A stretch of 52,734 nt of DNA from a virus. Its lineage: Duplodnaviria > Caudoviricetes. Positions within the stretch are counted from its first letter, which is position 1. Each line of letters begins with the position of its first letter. A program made the translations under genes and the position numbers. Where the stretch lies: positions 1 to 52,734 of IMG/VR virus record IMGVR_UViG_3300036795_000123. One strand, given 5' to 3'. This document shows, one piece after another, positions 17,772-27,675 of this stretch. The notes under the pieces were generated by a model. That model saw only the letters and a program-made list of their open reading frames with translations. It ran no database searches and was not told the DNA's origin.

Positions 17772-19133
17772 ATGGCAGCCGTAATGGAAAAAGCGCCGCG
17801 CGCTGAACAGATCGCGGATTACTTGGAAGAGCATCTCGGCAAGGACATTGCCGCGAAAATGAAGGCTTCGACCGCGCTCGCGCGAGAGCAAAACAAGGCG
17901 GAGGGAATCGACGCTTTCACGGCGAGTGCCGAGCGCACCAATGCGTCGGGCATCACGCTTACCGAGCGCCGTAAGGCCTTCGCGCAAAAGTTCAAGTCGC
18001 AGGATTCGCGCGATTCGCAGATGGAGGATACCGAGCTGGGTTACTTCATCCGCTCGGTAGCGAAGACGGGTCACGCGTTCACCCCGCAAAACTTCGAAGC
18101 GGCCATGATGGGTTTCGATCCATCGAAGGTGTGCATCGAAGCGTGGCGCAAACATAACAAGTATCTCGGCGACAAGGGCTACCACCAGAAAGCCCTGGGC
18201 GAGATCGCCTTCATCGATGGCGGCGCGATCGTCCCGCCTCAATTCGTCACTGAGGTGATCGAGTTCCTTCGCGCCAAGGTGGTCATCCGCGCCTTGGGTG
18301 CGCGGGTTATCCCGATGCCCAAGGGCAACATCACGATGCCCTTCGCAAGCACGGGCATCGTGGCGTCGACCGTCACAGAAAACACCGTCACGCCATCGTC
18401 GCAACCCACATTCAACACGTTCCAGCTTATCGCCAAAAAGCTGCGTGCGTTGACCCCGATCAGCAACGAATTGCTTAGCGACGCGTCCCCCGAGGCCGAT
18501 CAGTTCGTTCAACAGGACATGGTCGCCGCGATCCGCGTGTTGGAAGATTTCAACATGCTGCGCGGATCGGGTTACGCTGGCAGCATGCGTGGCCTGCGCA
18601 ACTTGGCGCAAACCAACTTGCTCGCCACCAATGCGGCGGGCACCGCCGGTAGTTCGACCACGAGCGAGATCATCAAAGATCTTATGCTTATGTTGTCGGG
18701 CGTGGAGGGGCTGAACATCACCATCGAAAACGGTGGTTGGGTGTTAGCTCCCCGGGTGAAGAACGCGTTGATGTCGTTGCGGGATGGCATCGGCAACTTC
18801 TATTTCAAAACAGAGATGTTGCAGGGTCGCCTATGGGGCCACAATTGGGGCTCGACCACCGCGCAACCCGTCAATCTTGATACCACCAGCGGCGCGCTGT
18901 CCGGGAAAGAGTCGGAAGTGCTCTTCGCGGACTTCGACAAGGTCATCATCGGCGATACTCAAGAGCTGATGATCGAGCCCTTCCGCGGTGGCGCGTACTA
19001 CGACGGGTCGACGATTCAATCCGGTATCTCGAATGATCAGACCGTGATCGTGGGTCAGACCCGTTCGGACATCAACGAGCGGTACCGCGGCGCATCCATC
19101 GCAAACCTAACTCGCGTTACGTGGGGAGCCTAA
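17772..19133 (+). CDS. Major capsid protein, HK97 fold
   Basis: KAL...GGAIVP, KKL.AL..IS.ELL.D, LRDG.GNF, FADF; N-terminal delta-like domain. Confidence 0.95.
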   Translation: MAAVMEKAPRAEQIADYLEEHLGKDIAAKMKASTALAREQNKAEGIDAFTASAERTNASGITLTERRKAFAQKFKSQDSRDSQMEDTELGYFIRSVAKTGHAFTPQNFEAAMMGFDPSKVCIEAWRKHNKYLGDKGYHQKALGEIAFIDGGAIVPPQFVTEVIEFLRAKVVIRALGARVIPMPKGNITMPFASTGIVASTVTENTVTPSSQPTFNTFQLIAKKLRALTPISNELLSDASPEADQFVQQDMVAAIRVLEDFNMLRGSGYAGSMRGLRNLAQTNLLATNAAGTAGSSTTSEIIKDLMLMLSGVEGLNITIENGGWVLAPRVKNALMSLRDGIGNFYFKTEMLQGRLWGHNWGSTTAQPVNLDTTSGALSGKESEVLFADFDKVIIGDTQELMIEPFRGGAYYDGSTIQSGISNDQTVIVGQTRSDINERYRGASIANLTRVTWGA

Positions 19134-19139
19134 AAGCCA

Positions 19140-19652
19140 ATGAAACAAACAGAGATGTTCAACTTTGGCGCTTTGACGCGTCCGTATCCGGCCCTGATCG
19201 TCACCGCGGCTACCAGTGGTGTCGCGATTACGGCCGGGGACGTTTTAGACCGCTCCCTTATCGGTTACGCCGGTTCGGCGGCACTGGTGGTTGAAGGCTC
19301 GTATACCATCGCATCCGGGGCCGCAGGGGATGCGATCGTGGTGGCGGGCACGGTCAGCACCTCGGCATCGCTCTCGAGCGGCGCACTGGTTACGCCGTCG
19401 ACGTTGAAGACATTCTCGGTTTCGGTACCCTGGGTGAGCAGCGCGACGCTCCGCCGGTACTGCATCGCCGTGCCGCTTGGTTTCAACTCCGCGAACGAGT
19501 ATATCCAGCTCAGTTCGTTGACGTTGACCGCCACCTCGGCCGGCGGGACGTACTCGGCACTGACGGCGCGCGCGGTGTGGGCCACCGGTGGCGAGTATTC
19601 CACGCCAGATCCGCTTTTCAATTCCGCGGGCTATCTCAGCTACGGTACATGA
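19140..19652 (+). CDS. Putative capsid decoration/cement protein
   Basis: Directly follows the MCP; Ala/Thr/Ser-rich beta protein. Confidence 0.55.
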   Translation: MKQTEMFNFGALTRPYPALIVTAATSGVAITAGDVLDRSLIGYAGSAALVVEGSYTIASGAAGDAIVVAGTVSTSASLSSGALVTPSTLKTFSVSVPWVSSATLRRYCIAVPLGFNSANEYIQLSSLTLTATSAGGTYSALTARAVWATGGEYSTPDPLFNSAGYLSYGT

Positions 19653-19667
19653 TTTAGGGAGTTCGGT

Positions 19668-20048
19668 ATGGCAGACGAAAAAAAGAACCTTGAGAAGTTT
19701 AACAAGAAACGGATCTCGTGCCTGTTCATTAAGGACTTCGAACAGTACAACGCCGGCGAATCGGCTGTGTTCGATGCCCAGGTGGCTCACGCGTACAAAA
19801 AGCGCGGGGCCGTCGAGTTCAATGAGCACGAGGTTCAGAATGACAGTAACCTCATGGGACTTCTTTCGGGGCAAAACAGCGGTGGGTTTGGTGTGCCGGA
19901 GCCCATGTCGGATGAGAAAGTTTCAGCGTTGATCGACAAGCTGCTAGACGAAAAACTCAAACCCTTGTTTGAGCTGCTCGACAAGTCCGACAAGGATAAG
20001 GTCAAGCCGGAAGACAAGGAACCTCTCAAGGGTGCGGTTAAGAAGTAG
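19668..20048 (+). CDS. Hypothetical head-associated protein
   Basis: F.KD...YNAGE.A.F motif; position in module. Confidence 0.55.
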   Translation: MADEKKNLEKFNKKRISCLFIKDFEQYNAGESAVFDAQVAHAYKKRGAVEFNEHEVQNDSNLMGLLSGQNSGGFGVPEPMSDEKVSALIDKLLDEKLKPLFELLDKSDKDKVKPEDKEPLKGAVKK

Positions 20049-20067
20049 GGGGTCAACGAGGTGATGC

Positions 20068-20751
20068 GTGGCGAGCGATCCGAGAATGTTGACAACAGTA
20101 ACGCGCTTGCAGGCGGAGCTGAAAAACACGGCTAAAGTTATGGCCGCATCGGTGGAACTCGCCGCGATCATCGTTGAAGTTTCCTGGGATCTGGCATCAC
20201 GCTGTAACCGAGAGTTCTACTACGCCAGCAACGTGGTAGAATATGTCGCCGGTTTCGCTTCGACGAATCTTCAAGTCAGCAAGCATTGTCCGATCGATGT
20301 CACGCCGCCCGCCACCGTCGCGGTTACGTTCGATGGTGGGCCGATAGATCCGAACGTTTACACGATCCCAGATCCTGGGTTGGGTTTCATCTACAACCGA
20401 ACGGGGTGGTACTGGACAGCATCGCTGTTGCCCAACGTGCAGCAAGATCCGTTCGCGGGCTACGAGAATCGGCTCTATCAAATAACCTATTCGGGTGGGT
20501 GGGTGACGCCGCAGCAAGCCCTGGATAACCCAGCCGATCCTATTTTGAGTGTGCGTACGTTGCCTTTCGATATCGAGCGCGCGTGCTTACTGTGCTGCGT
20601 GATGTGGTACCGCATGCAAGCCCAGAATCCGCTGTTCAAGAGCGAAAGGCTGATGTCCTATTCCTACACCCTCACGGAAAGCATGGAGATACCTTTCGTG
20701 GAGGGGGTCGTGGCCCGCCGCCGGCGCACGGGGATGAGCGGGAGCGCCTAA
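20068..20751 (+). CDS. Head-tail adaptor
   Basis: ITYSGGW...LPFDIERAC...KSERLMSYSYT. Confidence 0.8.
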   Translation: MASDPRMLTTVTRLQAELKNTAKVMAASVELAAIIVEVSWDLASRCNREFYYASNVVEYVAGFASTNLQVSKHCPIDVTPPATVAVTFDGGPIDPNVYTIPDPGLGFIYNRTGWYWTASLLPNVQQDPFAGYENRLYQITYSGGWVTPQQALDNPADPILSVRTLPFDIERACLLCCVMWYRMQAQNPLFKSERLMSYSYTLTESMEIPFVEGVVARRRRTGMSGSA

Positions 20752-21075
20752 ATGGACTTGGAACACCTCCTTACGGACACGATCACGATCTCGGTGCGTA
20801 CCGGGCAGGATGCGCACGCGCAGTCGACCTACGCCGCACAAGTCACCGGGGTGGCGGCGCGCGTGGAAACTGCTTATGCCTTGAGCCTGACGCTGCATTC
20901 CACGGCGTTGGATTTCACGCATGCCATTTGCCTAGAGACGCCTCTTAACCCCAACGACCGGGTGTGGCTCGCTGGCGATGACATCACGTCCACGGACAAG
21001 GCGCGCATGGTGAAACGCTCCGCGTCCGCTTACACGGGGGACGATTCCTACACCCTCTACATGGCGTATCTGTAA
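20752..21075 (+). CDS. Head closure/stopper protein
   Basis: Size, position and ARVE motif. Confidence 0.7.
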   Translation: MDLEHLLTDTITISVRTGQDAHAQSTYAAQVTGVAARVETAYALSLTLHSTALDFTHAICLETPLNPNDRVWLAGDDITSTDKARMVKRSASAYTGDDSYTLYMAYL

Positions 21076-21464
21076 TGGCACCGCTTAAGGGCAAGGAATG
21101 GTATCTCGCGCGCGTCAAGAAATTCACCGAGGATTTCCCCGGGGTCGTGGGCGATGCCATGTTTGAAGAGGCGACTAACATCGCTCGGGCGTCTCAAGAG
21201 CAATGTCCCGTTTACGTCGGTAAGCGATACCTCGGCGGTACGTTGCGCGCGAGTTTTTTCATGACCCAATCCGGGACAAAGGAAAATCCCAAGGTCATGC
21301 TAGGCTACGGCACGAAATATGCGGTGTACGTACATGAGAAAGTGGACGATCATCATCCGGTGGGTAAGGCTAAGTTCCTAGAAGATCCGATCATCGCCGC
21401 GCGCCCGATGTGGCTGCGGAACGTTTGGGCGCGGGCGAACAAAGCGCGGCTAGGTGGCAAGTAG
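21075..21464 (+). CDS. HK97 gp10-like neck protein
   Basis: CPV..GTLRAS, YAVYVHE, KAKFLE. Confidence 0.85.
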   Translation: MAPLKGKEWYLARVKKFTEDFPGVVGDAMFEEATNIARASQEQCPVYVGKRYLGGTLRASFFMTQSGTKENPKVMLGYGTKYAVYVHEKVDDHHPVGKAKFLEDPIIAARPMWLRNVWARANKARLGGK

Positions 21465-21932
21465 ATGCCATCCTTCCTACCGGCCGATGACGTGGCGGCA
21501 CAGATAGCTGGTGCGGGGCTCGGTTGGGCCCTGGCCACGAATCTGTTCGTTTCCGATGTGGCACCCTCCTATCAGACCGATACGAGCGCTACGGGCACAC
21601 CCAGCGCCTCGGTGTTCGTGCTGCTCGCGGGTGGTTACGACATCCCGACCCGCTATCAGCTCGACACCTACGCCAACGCGCCGAGCGCCACCCAGGCCCG
21701 TGAGCCGCGCGTCATGATCTACGTCCGCAGCCCCCGGCAACAGTACAACACGGGGATGGTATCGGCTCGCGCCGTGAAGGATGCGTTACACGATCAGCCT
21801 TTGCAAATAGGATCGTCCGGATCGTATTATGACGCGTGTCGAATCGTCGACGCGGAGCCCACGCTGTTATCCGAAACGGACAACGGCGAATTTTTGTTTT
21901 CGCTTAACTGTCACCTTTACCTAGACGCGTGA
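21465..21932 (+). CDS. Tail terminator-like protein
   Basis: P.V.IYVRS...A.AVKDALH...FSLN; position in module. Confidence 0.7.
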   Translation: MPSFLPADDVAAQIAGAGLGWALATNLFVSDVAPSYQTDTSATGTPSASVFVLLAGGYDIPTRYQLDTYANAPSATQAREPRVMIYVRSPRQQYNTGMVSARAVKDALHDQPLQIGSSGSYYDACRIVDAEPTLLSETDNGEFLFSLNCHLYLDA

Positions 21933-21942
21933 GGTTCATACC

Positions 21943-22308
21943 ATGGCGGCAACACTTCTGACTCCCATACAAGGCGGCCCGTTCGGCGCGGCGGCAACTT
22001 TAGCTACCACCACCCCGGATGCTGTAAATGGAAATGCCTACGCTAATCCGGGTGGCACCCCCACGGTGTTGCAGATAACCAACGGATCGGGGTCGCCTAT
22101 CACCGTGACGTTCACGTACCCGAACACGCCTTATAACGGTGGGGGGAATCTCGCGGCGACGGCCCCCACGGTGGCCGCATCTGCTACAAAGTTTTGGCTG
22201 TTGGAACCATCGTTGTTCAACAACGCGAATGGCCAAGCCGTGTTCACCGTATCATCTGCGACCACGGTCACGTGCGCCGTGTACCAGTTCGTTCGCTCGC
22301 TTCCCTAA
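21943..22308 (+). CDS. Virion structural protein (small beta-sandwich)
   Basis: NGN..AN.G...L.ITNGSGSPITVT. Confidence 0.55.
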   Translation: MAATLLTPIQGGPFGAAATLATTTPDAVNGNAYANPGGTPTVLQITNGSGSPITVTFTYPNTPYNGGGNLAATAPTVAASATKFWLLEPSLFNNANGQAVFTVSSATTVTCAVYQFVRSLP

Positions 22309-22334
22309 ACGAATGATGTGAAAGGAGTAGGACC

Positions 22335-22754
22335 ATGGCAAAGGCTTTAGGCACTATATCCGTAACACACGTGGGCACCGATGGCTCGACGTGGACGTTG
22401 CTCGGCAAGGTCAAAAAGATGGCCACGCCGATCAAGAATGAGCCGGTGGACAGCACCGATAACGATGACGGTGGGGCAAAGAGTAACCTCTACGGCGACG
22501 TGAGTTATGATGTTGACGCCACGTGCAACTACGATCCCGCAGATGCGGGACAGGCCGTCTTGTCGAACGGTGCGTTGAATAAAACGACCGTTTACTTCCG
22601 TCACCGGCCGCGCGGTACCGGTACGGGCCTACCGCAGATTTCGGGGCAGGCCGTGCTCGCAACGGCGGACATCTTCACCACCGAGCACGACAAGGTTGCG
22701 GAGTTCGCAATCAAAGGTTCGTCAACGGGACTGTGGACGCAAAGCAATCAGTAA
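22335..22754 (+). CDS. Tail tube (major tail) protein
   Basis: EPVDSTDND, YDPADAGQ; position before the chaperones. Confidence 0.8.
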   Translation: MAKALGTISVTHVGTDGSTWTLLGKVKKMATPIKNEPVDSTDNDDGGAKSNLYGDVSYDVDATCNYDPADAGQAVLSNGALNKTTVYFRHRPRGTGTGLPQISGQAVLATADIFTTEHDKVAEFAIKGSSTGLWTQSNQ

Positions 22755-22766
22755 CGGAGGGACTTT

Positions 22767-23183
22767 ATGCCACACGTATCAGAGATAACGATCCCGATCG
22801 CCACGCCGCAAGTATTGAAGGTGACCTTCAACAACACGGCGTACAAGAAAATCAAAGAGCTAACGGGCGTTAGCGTGTTCGAATTTCAGGACATGACGAA
22901 AATTCAGGATCCGATACTGCTAACGGCGGTCTTATTTGCCGGTACGCGTAAGCACCACCACAACCTGGATTTAGAAAACCTGAATGATTGGTTAGATGAA
23001 GTCGACACCGCGGACTTGTTCAAAGTGTACGGCGAAATCATTCAGGCCCTGGGTGCGAGTTTTTTGGACCCGGACAAAAGGGCAAAGTTTCTAACCGAGG
23101 TGAAGGTAGCGAAAGCGAAGGTGAAGGTGGATGCGAAGAAAGTCCTGACGAACAGTGGGACCGATACGTCATCGGCGGCTTAG
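22767..23183 (+). CDS. Tail assembly chaperone G
   Basis: Between tail tube and TMP; slippery T TTT TTG at 23060-23066. Confidence 0.8.
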   Translation: MPHVSEITIPIATPQVLKVTFNNTAYKKIKELTGVSVFEFQDMTKIQDPILLTAVLFAGTRKHHHNLDLENLNDWLDEVDTADLFKVYGEIIQALGASFLDPDKRAKFLTEVKVAKAKVKVDAKKVLTNSGTDTSSAA

Positions 23184-23428
23184 AATCGGGCGTTACGTGG
23201 GCTGACTTTTGGGAGCATGACTACTACGAGGTGTCTCTCTACATACGGGCCTACAACGCACGCATGATGAAGCTGTTAGAAATCGGAGCGTTTCAGGTGA
23301 TGCATATTTACCGCGCGTTCACCGGCGATAGCGTTTCGATCGATCAGTTGCTTGGGCGTGGGACGCGCATCGATCTTGTAAACGACCCTATGGCGGCGAA
23401 TAGGCTGCGGGAGGTGGCGGATGGGTGA
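23060..23428 (+). CDS. Tail assembly chaperone GT extension via -1 frameshift
   Basis: The -1 frame is open from the slippery heptamer to 23428 (...GVTWADFWEHDYYEV...). Confidence 0.75.
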   Translation, partial: FFGPGQKGKVSNRGEGSESEGEGGCEESPDEQWDRYVIGGLESGVTWADFWEHDYYEVSLYIRAYNARMMKLLEIGAFQVMHIYRAFTGDSVSIDQLLGRGTRIDLVNDPMAANRLREVADG

Positions 23429-26129
23429 AACATACGATGCTGGCACACTTACCGCCGAGCTGGATCTCGATTCCTCCAAGCTAAACAAAGGGGCGGAAGA
23501 TGCGAAGAAGAGCCTAGAAGATGTTGAGAAGTCCGCCGACAAAACGGGCGAGGCTCTTAATACGCTAGCGGAGATCGGCGAGGCTTTAGGACTTGCGGAA
23601 ATATTTTCGGTTATCAAAGAACAGGCGAATGAGTGCATAAAGGCGTTCGACACTAACGCTGCAGCGCTGCGCACCATGTCATCAATGGTCAAAGACGTGG
23701 ACGTGGGGAAATTCACGGAGCTGGCCGAGCAGCTTAGTGCGGTGTCGCGCAACTCGGTCGCCACCGAGATGACTACCGTATCAATGATGAGCAAGTTTAG
23801 TCTCACCGATCGAACCATCGCGACGTTGCTCCCGAGCGTTCAAAACTTCGCCGCAGCGATGCGCGAAGATCTTCCCAGTGCTGCGCAACGCTTCACCATG
23901 GCAATCAGCTCGGGGGAAGCCTCGGTGCGTCGCCTGGGAATCAATTTAGGCGAGCAAGGAAGGGCAGCATTTAAGGCCGCAGATGAAACCGGCCGGTTAA
24001 GTATCATCATGCAAGCCCTATCGAAATACAACGGGGCCGCGGCGGAGGATGCGAAAACAGCATCGGGCGCGCAAGCGAGCATGGCAAAAGCATCGGAAGA
24101 GTTGCACGCGGCGATCGGCGGTATCATCGATCAGCCCGTGGCTTCTTTTTTCAATACGGCCGCCGAGGCAATAAACGTGGTTACGGGGTACATCAAAGAA
24201 CTTTCGCCCGCAACGAAAGAGTTTCTCGGCTACGCCGTATCTATCGGCACAACGCTTGCTTTGTCTGCGGTAGGATTCGGGGCTGTTAGCAAAGCGGTGA
24301 GCGTGTTGGAACCTGTTCTAGCCCCCTTGGCGGAATCTTTTTTAGCATTGATGGCCCCCTTAGTAGCAGTGGCTGCGGCGGCGGTGGCGGTGGCTGCGGC
24401 GTACGGCTCGATTCGAAATGCCATGGAAGGGAAGTTTGGAACGAGCGTTTTAGATGGCCTGAAGATGGGCCTTCAACGTGCTGTTGCCGATGCGAAAGAG
24501 CAACTCAGTGGCTTTATGTCAGCGGCAAAGGGCGCGGTCGGCGGCGCGGTCGGGAAAAAGTCAGAAGGGCCTGCAAAGCCTGGTGAGTTCGACAACACAT
24601 CGCAAGTAAAGAAGAGCATTGATTTTTCCGAGGTCGGCAAATTCGGCACGGATAAATCGACGGGCGTCGATCTGGGTAATGGCGTCATGGATTTCAGTAA
24701 AAATCTAGATGATGCGCAAAAAGCCTGGAAAGCTAAGATGATAGCGACGGCCGACAGTGTGGCAAAAAGCTTCAACGCTACCGTCGACGCTAACGCAGAT
24801 CTTCAAGAGGCTTTTGCCAAGCAACAGGATGCACAAGAAACCGCGGCCACGGCGGTAGGTGGGATGTGGACGCAACTGCTTCAAAACAAGCTACCGGGAA
24901 CGGCGGGGGCGGGCGGTGCGGCCCCACCTCCTATCACGGCTACGAGTGCGGCGGGGGCCGGGGTGCAAGCCGCATCCGGGGGCATGGGTTTAGCCGGATC
25001 TATGATGGGCTCTTTTGCGCAGGGCACCGCAGCCGGTGGCCCTATCGCGGGCGTTGCCGCCGCAGCGGGCACGCTGCTTATGCAAAGCACGGCGTTTCAA
25101 AAAATCATGGGCCTGATTAACAAGTTGCTAACGGTGATCATCCAAGCCATCAACCCTATCCTAAGCGCCGTGCTCCCCGCGCTTACGGTACTCTTAGGCG
25201 CGGTGAGCGCCGCAATCAAAAGCGTCGTTGCAGCAATGCAGCCATTGATGGCCCCGATCACAAAACTAGTCACGACGGTTATGCTCATCATCCAACCGTT
25301 CATCAACCTGGCCACGCAACTTTCCACGCAGTTGATGCCCATCATCACGAAAATTTTGACGCCGGTTCTTAACGCGCTCTGTACGGCGCTCATGTTCCTA
25401 GCAAAATTCGTCATAAACGGTATCGTCAACCCGCTCATTCATGTGTGGAATGCCATTATCGACATGATCGACGGGCTTTTGGGATGGACCGGCCTAGACT
25501 TGAGTAGTTTGAAGTTGCATACGGTTTCGCTGAATACAAACGCGGACGCCGTCGACGCCGTAACAAAGTCCATGAACGATCTGGATCAGTCTTCACAAAA
25601 TATCCCGCAAGGTTTCAAGGTGGCGTTATCGGCCTATAATGCTACAGGGTTGATAGACACTCAGACACCAGCAACGCCGGGGATCCCCGATGTAAGCGGG
25701 GATAATGTTATCGCAGAAATTACGGCCCTTACATCATGGCTACAAACTCAACCTAAAGGCACTACCGTAGCGTCGAGTGGTTTTGTGAGCTCAGATCAAC
25801 TCGCGCAACAGTATGCCCAATCGGGGGGGATAATGGGCATACATTACACAGCGGCTACCACCCCGGGTGGCCCCTTGGGGTGGACTTCCGATAATACTAC
25901 CACTACGTCTTCTGGGACCGCCGCAACGACAAAAACGGCGATGCGTTCGAACCTCGCAATGGGTGGCGGTAATGCGGGGAGCGCCATCAACATTCAGAAT
26001 GTCATGGTACAGGCCGCGACACCCGATCTCATAGGTCAGATCCAGAGTGCCTTGAAGAACCAAGGCTATCTGAAATCGGGAACGCCTCTTTCCGGGGCCA
26101 CTAACCGTTTTCAATACGGGAGCGCCTAG
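23421..26129 (+). CDS. Tape measure protein
   Basis: 902 aa, helical and Ala-rich; GTLTAELDLDSS start; 11-aa periodic hydrophobic repeats. Confidence 0.92.
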   Translation: MGETYDAGTLTAELDLDSSKLNKGAEDAKKSLEDVEKSADKTGEALNTLAEIGEALGLAEIFSVIKEQANECIKAFDTNAAALRTMSSMVKDVDVGKFTELAEQLSAVSRNSVATEMTTVSMMSKFSLTDRTIATLLPSVQNFAAAMREDLPSAAQRFTMAISSGEASVRRLGINLGEQGRAAFKAADETGRLSIIMQALSKYNGAAAEDAKTASGAQASMAKASEELHAAIGGIIDQPVASFFNTAAEAINVVTGYIKELSPATKEFLGYAVSIGTTLALSAVGFGAVSKAVSVLEPVLAPLAESFLALMAPLVAVAAAAVAVAAAYGSIRNAMEGKFGTSVLDGLKMGLQRAVADAKEQLSGFMSAAKGAVGGAVGKKSEGPAKPGEFDNTSQVKKSIDFSEVGKFGTDKSTGVDLGNGVMDFSKNLDDAQKAWKAKMIATADSVAKSFNATVDANADLQEAFAKQQDAQETAATAVGGMWTQLLQNKLPGTAGAGGAAPPPITATSAAGAGVQAASGGMGLAGSMMGSFAQGTAAGGPIAGVAAAAGTLLMQSTAFQKIMGLINKLLTVIIQAINPILSAVLPALTVLLGAVSAAIKSVVAAMQPLMAPITKLVTTVMLIIQPFINLATQLSTQLMPIITKILTPVLNALCTALMFLAKFVINGIVNPLIHVWNAIIDMIDGLLGWTGLDLSSLKLHTVSLNTNADAVDAVTKSMNDLDQSSQNIPQGFKVALSAYNATGLIDTQTPATPGIPDVSGDNVIAEITALTSWLQTQPKGTTVASSGFVSSDQLAQQYAQSGGIMGIHYTAATTPGGPLGWTSDNTTTTSSGTAATTKTAMRSNLAMGGGNAGSAINIQNVMVQAATPDLIGQIQSALKNQGYLKSGTPLSGATNRFQYGSA

Positions 26130-26133
26130 CCTC

Positions 26134-27672
26134 GTGCCTTTTTTGACCATCAATGGTGTAACCGTACCCACCTCGAAAGACGGTGGTACGATCGCGCGCA
26201 CGCTCTACGGCGAGTACATGGCGGGCTACGACGGTACAGCCCAAATCGATGTCCGATCGCGTAAGAAGGTTTGGGATTTCAACACCAAGCCGATCGACCC
26301 CTTGCGCTCACAAGCGCTCGTGGGCTTGATCGAAGGGAACGGGTTGTTGTTCCCGTACAACGGGAATTTGTACGCCAGCAATGGCCTCGGCCCAGCGACA
26401 ACGACGGGAACAACTTTTCAAAACTTTACGGCTGCGGATGGTGCCACCGTTTATGATGAGAATGGCACGGCTATGAGCCAACAGGCTCTAGCTAGTACAA
26501 GTTCTTTGCAAGCGGATATTGGAACGACGAATACCATCACACAAGCCCAAGCAACATGTTCTGCCACCACCGGTTTTCAAGTTAACGGTGGATCTTCTAT
26601 GGCTGTAGATACGACGCATTTTTGGGAAGGAACGAATGCGATCAAGGTGACGCCGGTAGGATCCGGATTTCAGTTTCAATTGAATTCGTCGCAAACTGTT
26701 ACGAGCACCACCGCGATCTGGGTTGCATCGGCGTACATTTATAGCTCGGTTGCTGCCACCATATCGATAAGTATCGGCCCTAGTTCAGGCGGCGGCGGCG
26801 GGACGATAACTTTCTCTCACACGGGTGGTTACTGGCATCGGGTTTTTACTTTCGGGACAATGAGCGTAATTAGCGCCACGATCATCGTGTTTTTCAAAAC
26901 AAGCAACACGTCGGCCCCTTTTTGGGTGGATGGTATTCAGCTTGAAAATTCAGGGGTGCTTGCTAGTTCTTACGAAACCCCCACAGCATGGCAGAATCCT
27001 GGCAGCGGTGCGCGTGCAGCGAGTAACCTCACTTACAGCGCGAATCTAAGCTCGCTCGGTGGTTTTACCGTCGCAGGGTGGTTGATGGACGCCCCCCTTA
27101 CGCCAACGGGGTTAACTCAAGTTTTGTTCAACGCAAACAATGCTATCGAGGTCCTGATACAAGTCGTTTCCGGGAATCAGACCCTTAATTTTTCGACCGT
27201 TAGCGATGCGGGGACCGGGGACAATTTACGTTGGACCATTACTACGATCCCCCTTTATGGGTTTTTTGTTTGTACGCTGAACGTCAATCCCGTATCAGGG
27301 CAGCCCACGAAAACCATCTACTGGAATGGCGTGCTCGTGGCGTCGAGCACGGCGACGAACTATCCCGTAAATAACACCATCACGGCGTTTTCTGTAGCTA
27401 GTGCGACAGGCAATTGCTTCAACGGGCGCATCAACAACCTGCAGGTTTTACCGTACGCCATCGATCAGTTTTGGGTGTCCGGGATGTACGCTGCGGCCGC
27501 TTTGAACGCTGGTGCCACACCGTTGTTGACCATGAGCGGCTCGTGCATCAACTACCAGTTTAAGCAAGTCTACGGGCAAGTCAAAAAAGAGGATTTCGTG
27601 GGGTTTAGAGATCCTGTTATGGGCTGGATATCGCAAGGCCGAAAACTCAGCATTATTTTGACGGAGGTGTGA
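26134..27672 (+). CDS. Distal tail (Dit-like) protein with inserted carbohydrate-binding and LamG-like domains
   Basis: Follows TMP; FWVDGIQLE (CBM-like) and IYWNGVLV...FNGRINNL (LamG-like). Confidence 0.65.
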   Translation: MPFLTINGVTVPTSKDGGTIARTLYGEYMAGYDGTAQIDVRSRKKVWDFNTKPIDPLRSQALVGLIEGNGLLFPYNGNLYASNGLGPATTTGTTFQNFTAADGATVYDENGTAMSQQALASTSSLQADIGTTNTITQAQATCSATTGFQVNGGSSMAVDTTHFWEGTNAIKVTPVGSGFQFQLNSSQTVTSTTAIWVASAYIYSSVAATISISIGPSSGGGGGTITFSHTGGYWHRVFTFGTMSVISATIIVFFKTSNTSAPFWVDGIQLENSGVLASSYETPTAWQNPGSGARAASNLTYSANLSSLGGFTVAGWLMDAPLTPTGLTQVLFNANNAIEVLIQVVSGNQTLNFSTVSDAGTGDNLRWTITTIPLYGFFVCTLNVNPVSGQPTKTIYWNGVLVASSTATNYPVNNTITAFSVASATGNCFNGRINNLQVLPYAIDQFWVSGMYAAAALNAGATPLLTMSGSCINYQFKQVYGQVKKEDFVGFRDPVMGWISQGRKLSIILTEV

Positions 27673-27675
27673 TCG

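Noticed and set aside
17766-18611. Long antisense ORFs opposite the capsid, portal, protease, polymerase and helicase genes
   Set aside because: These are expected shadows of GC-rich codon usage, with no motifs or RBS.
18808-19159. AAACAGAGATGTT shared by the MCP and the next gene
   Set aside because: A single 13-mer match in coding sequence, compatible with chance.
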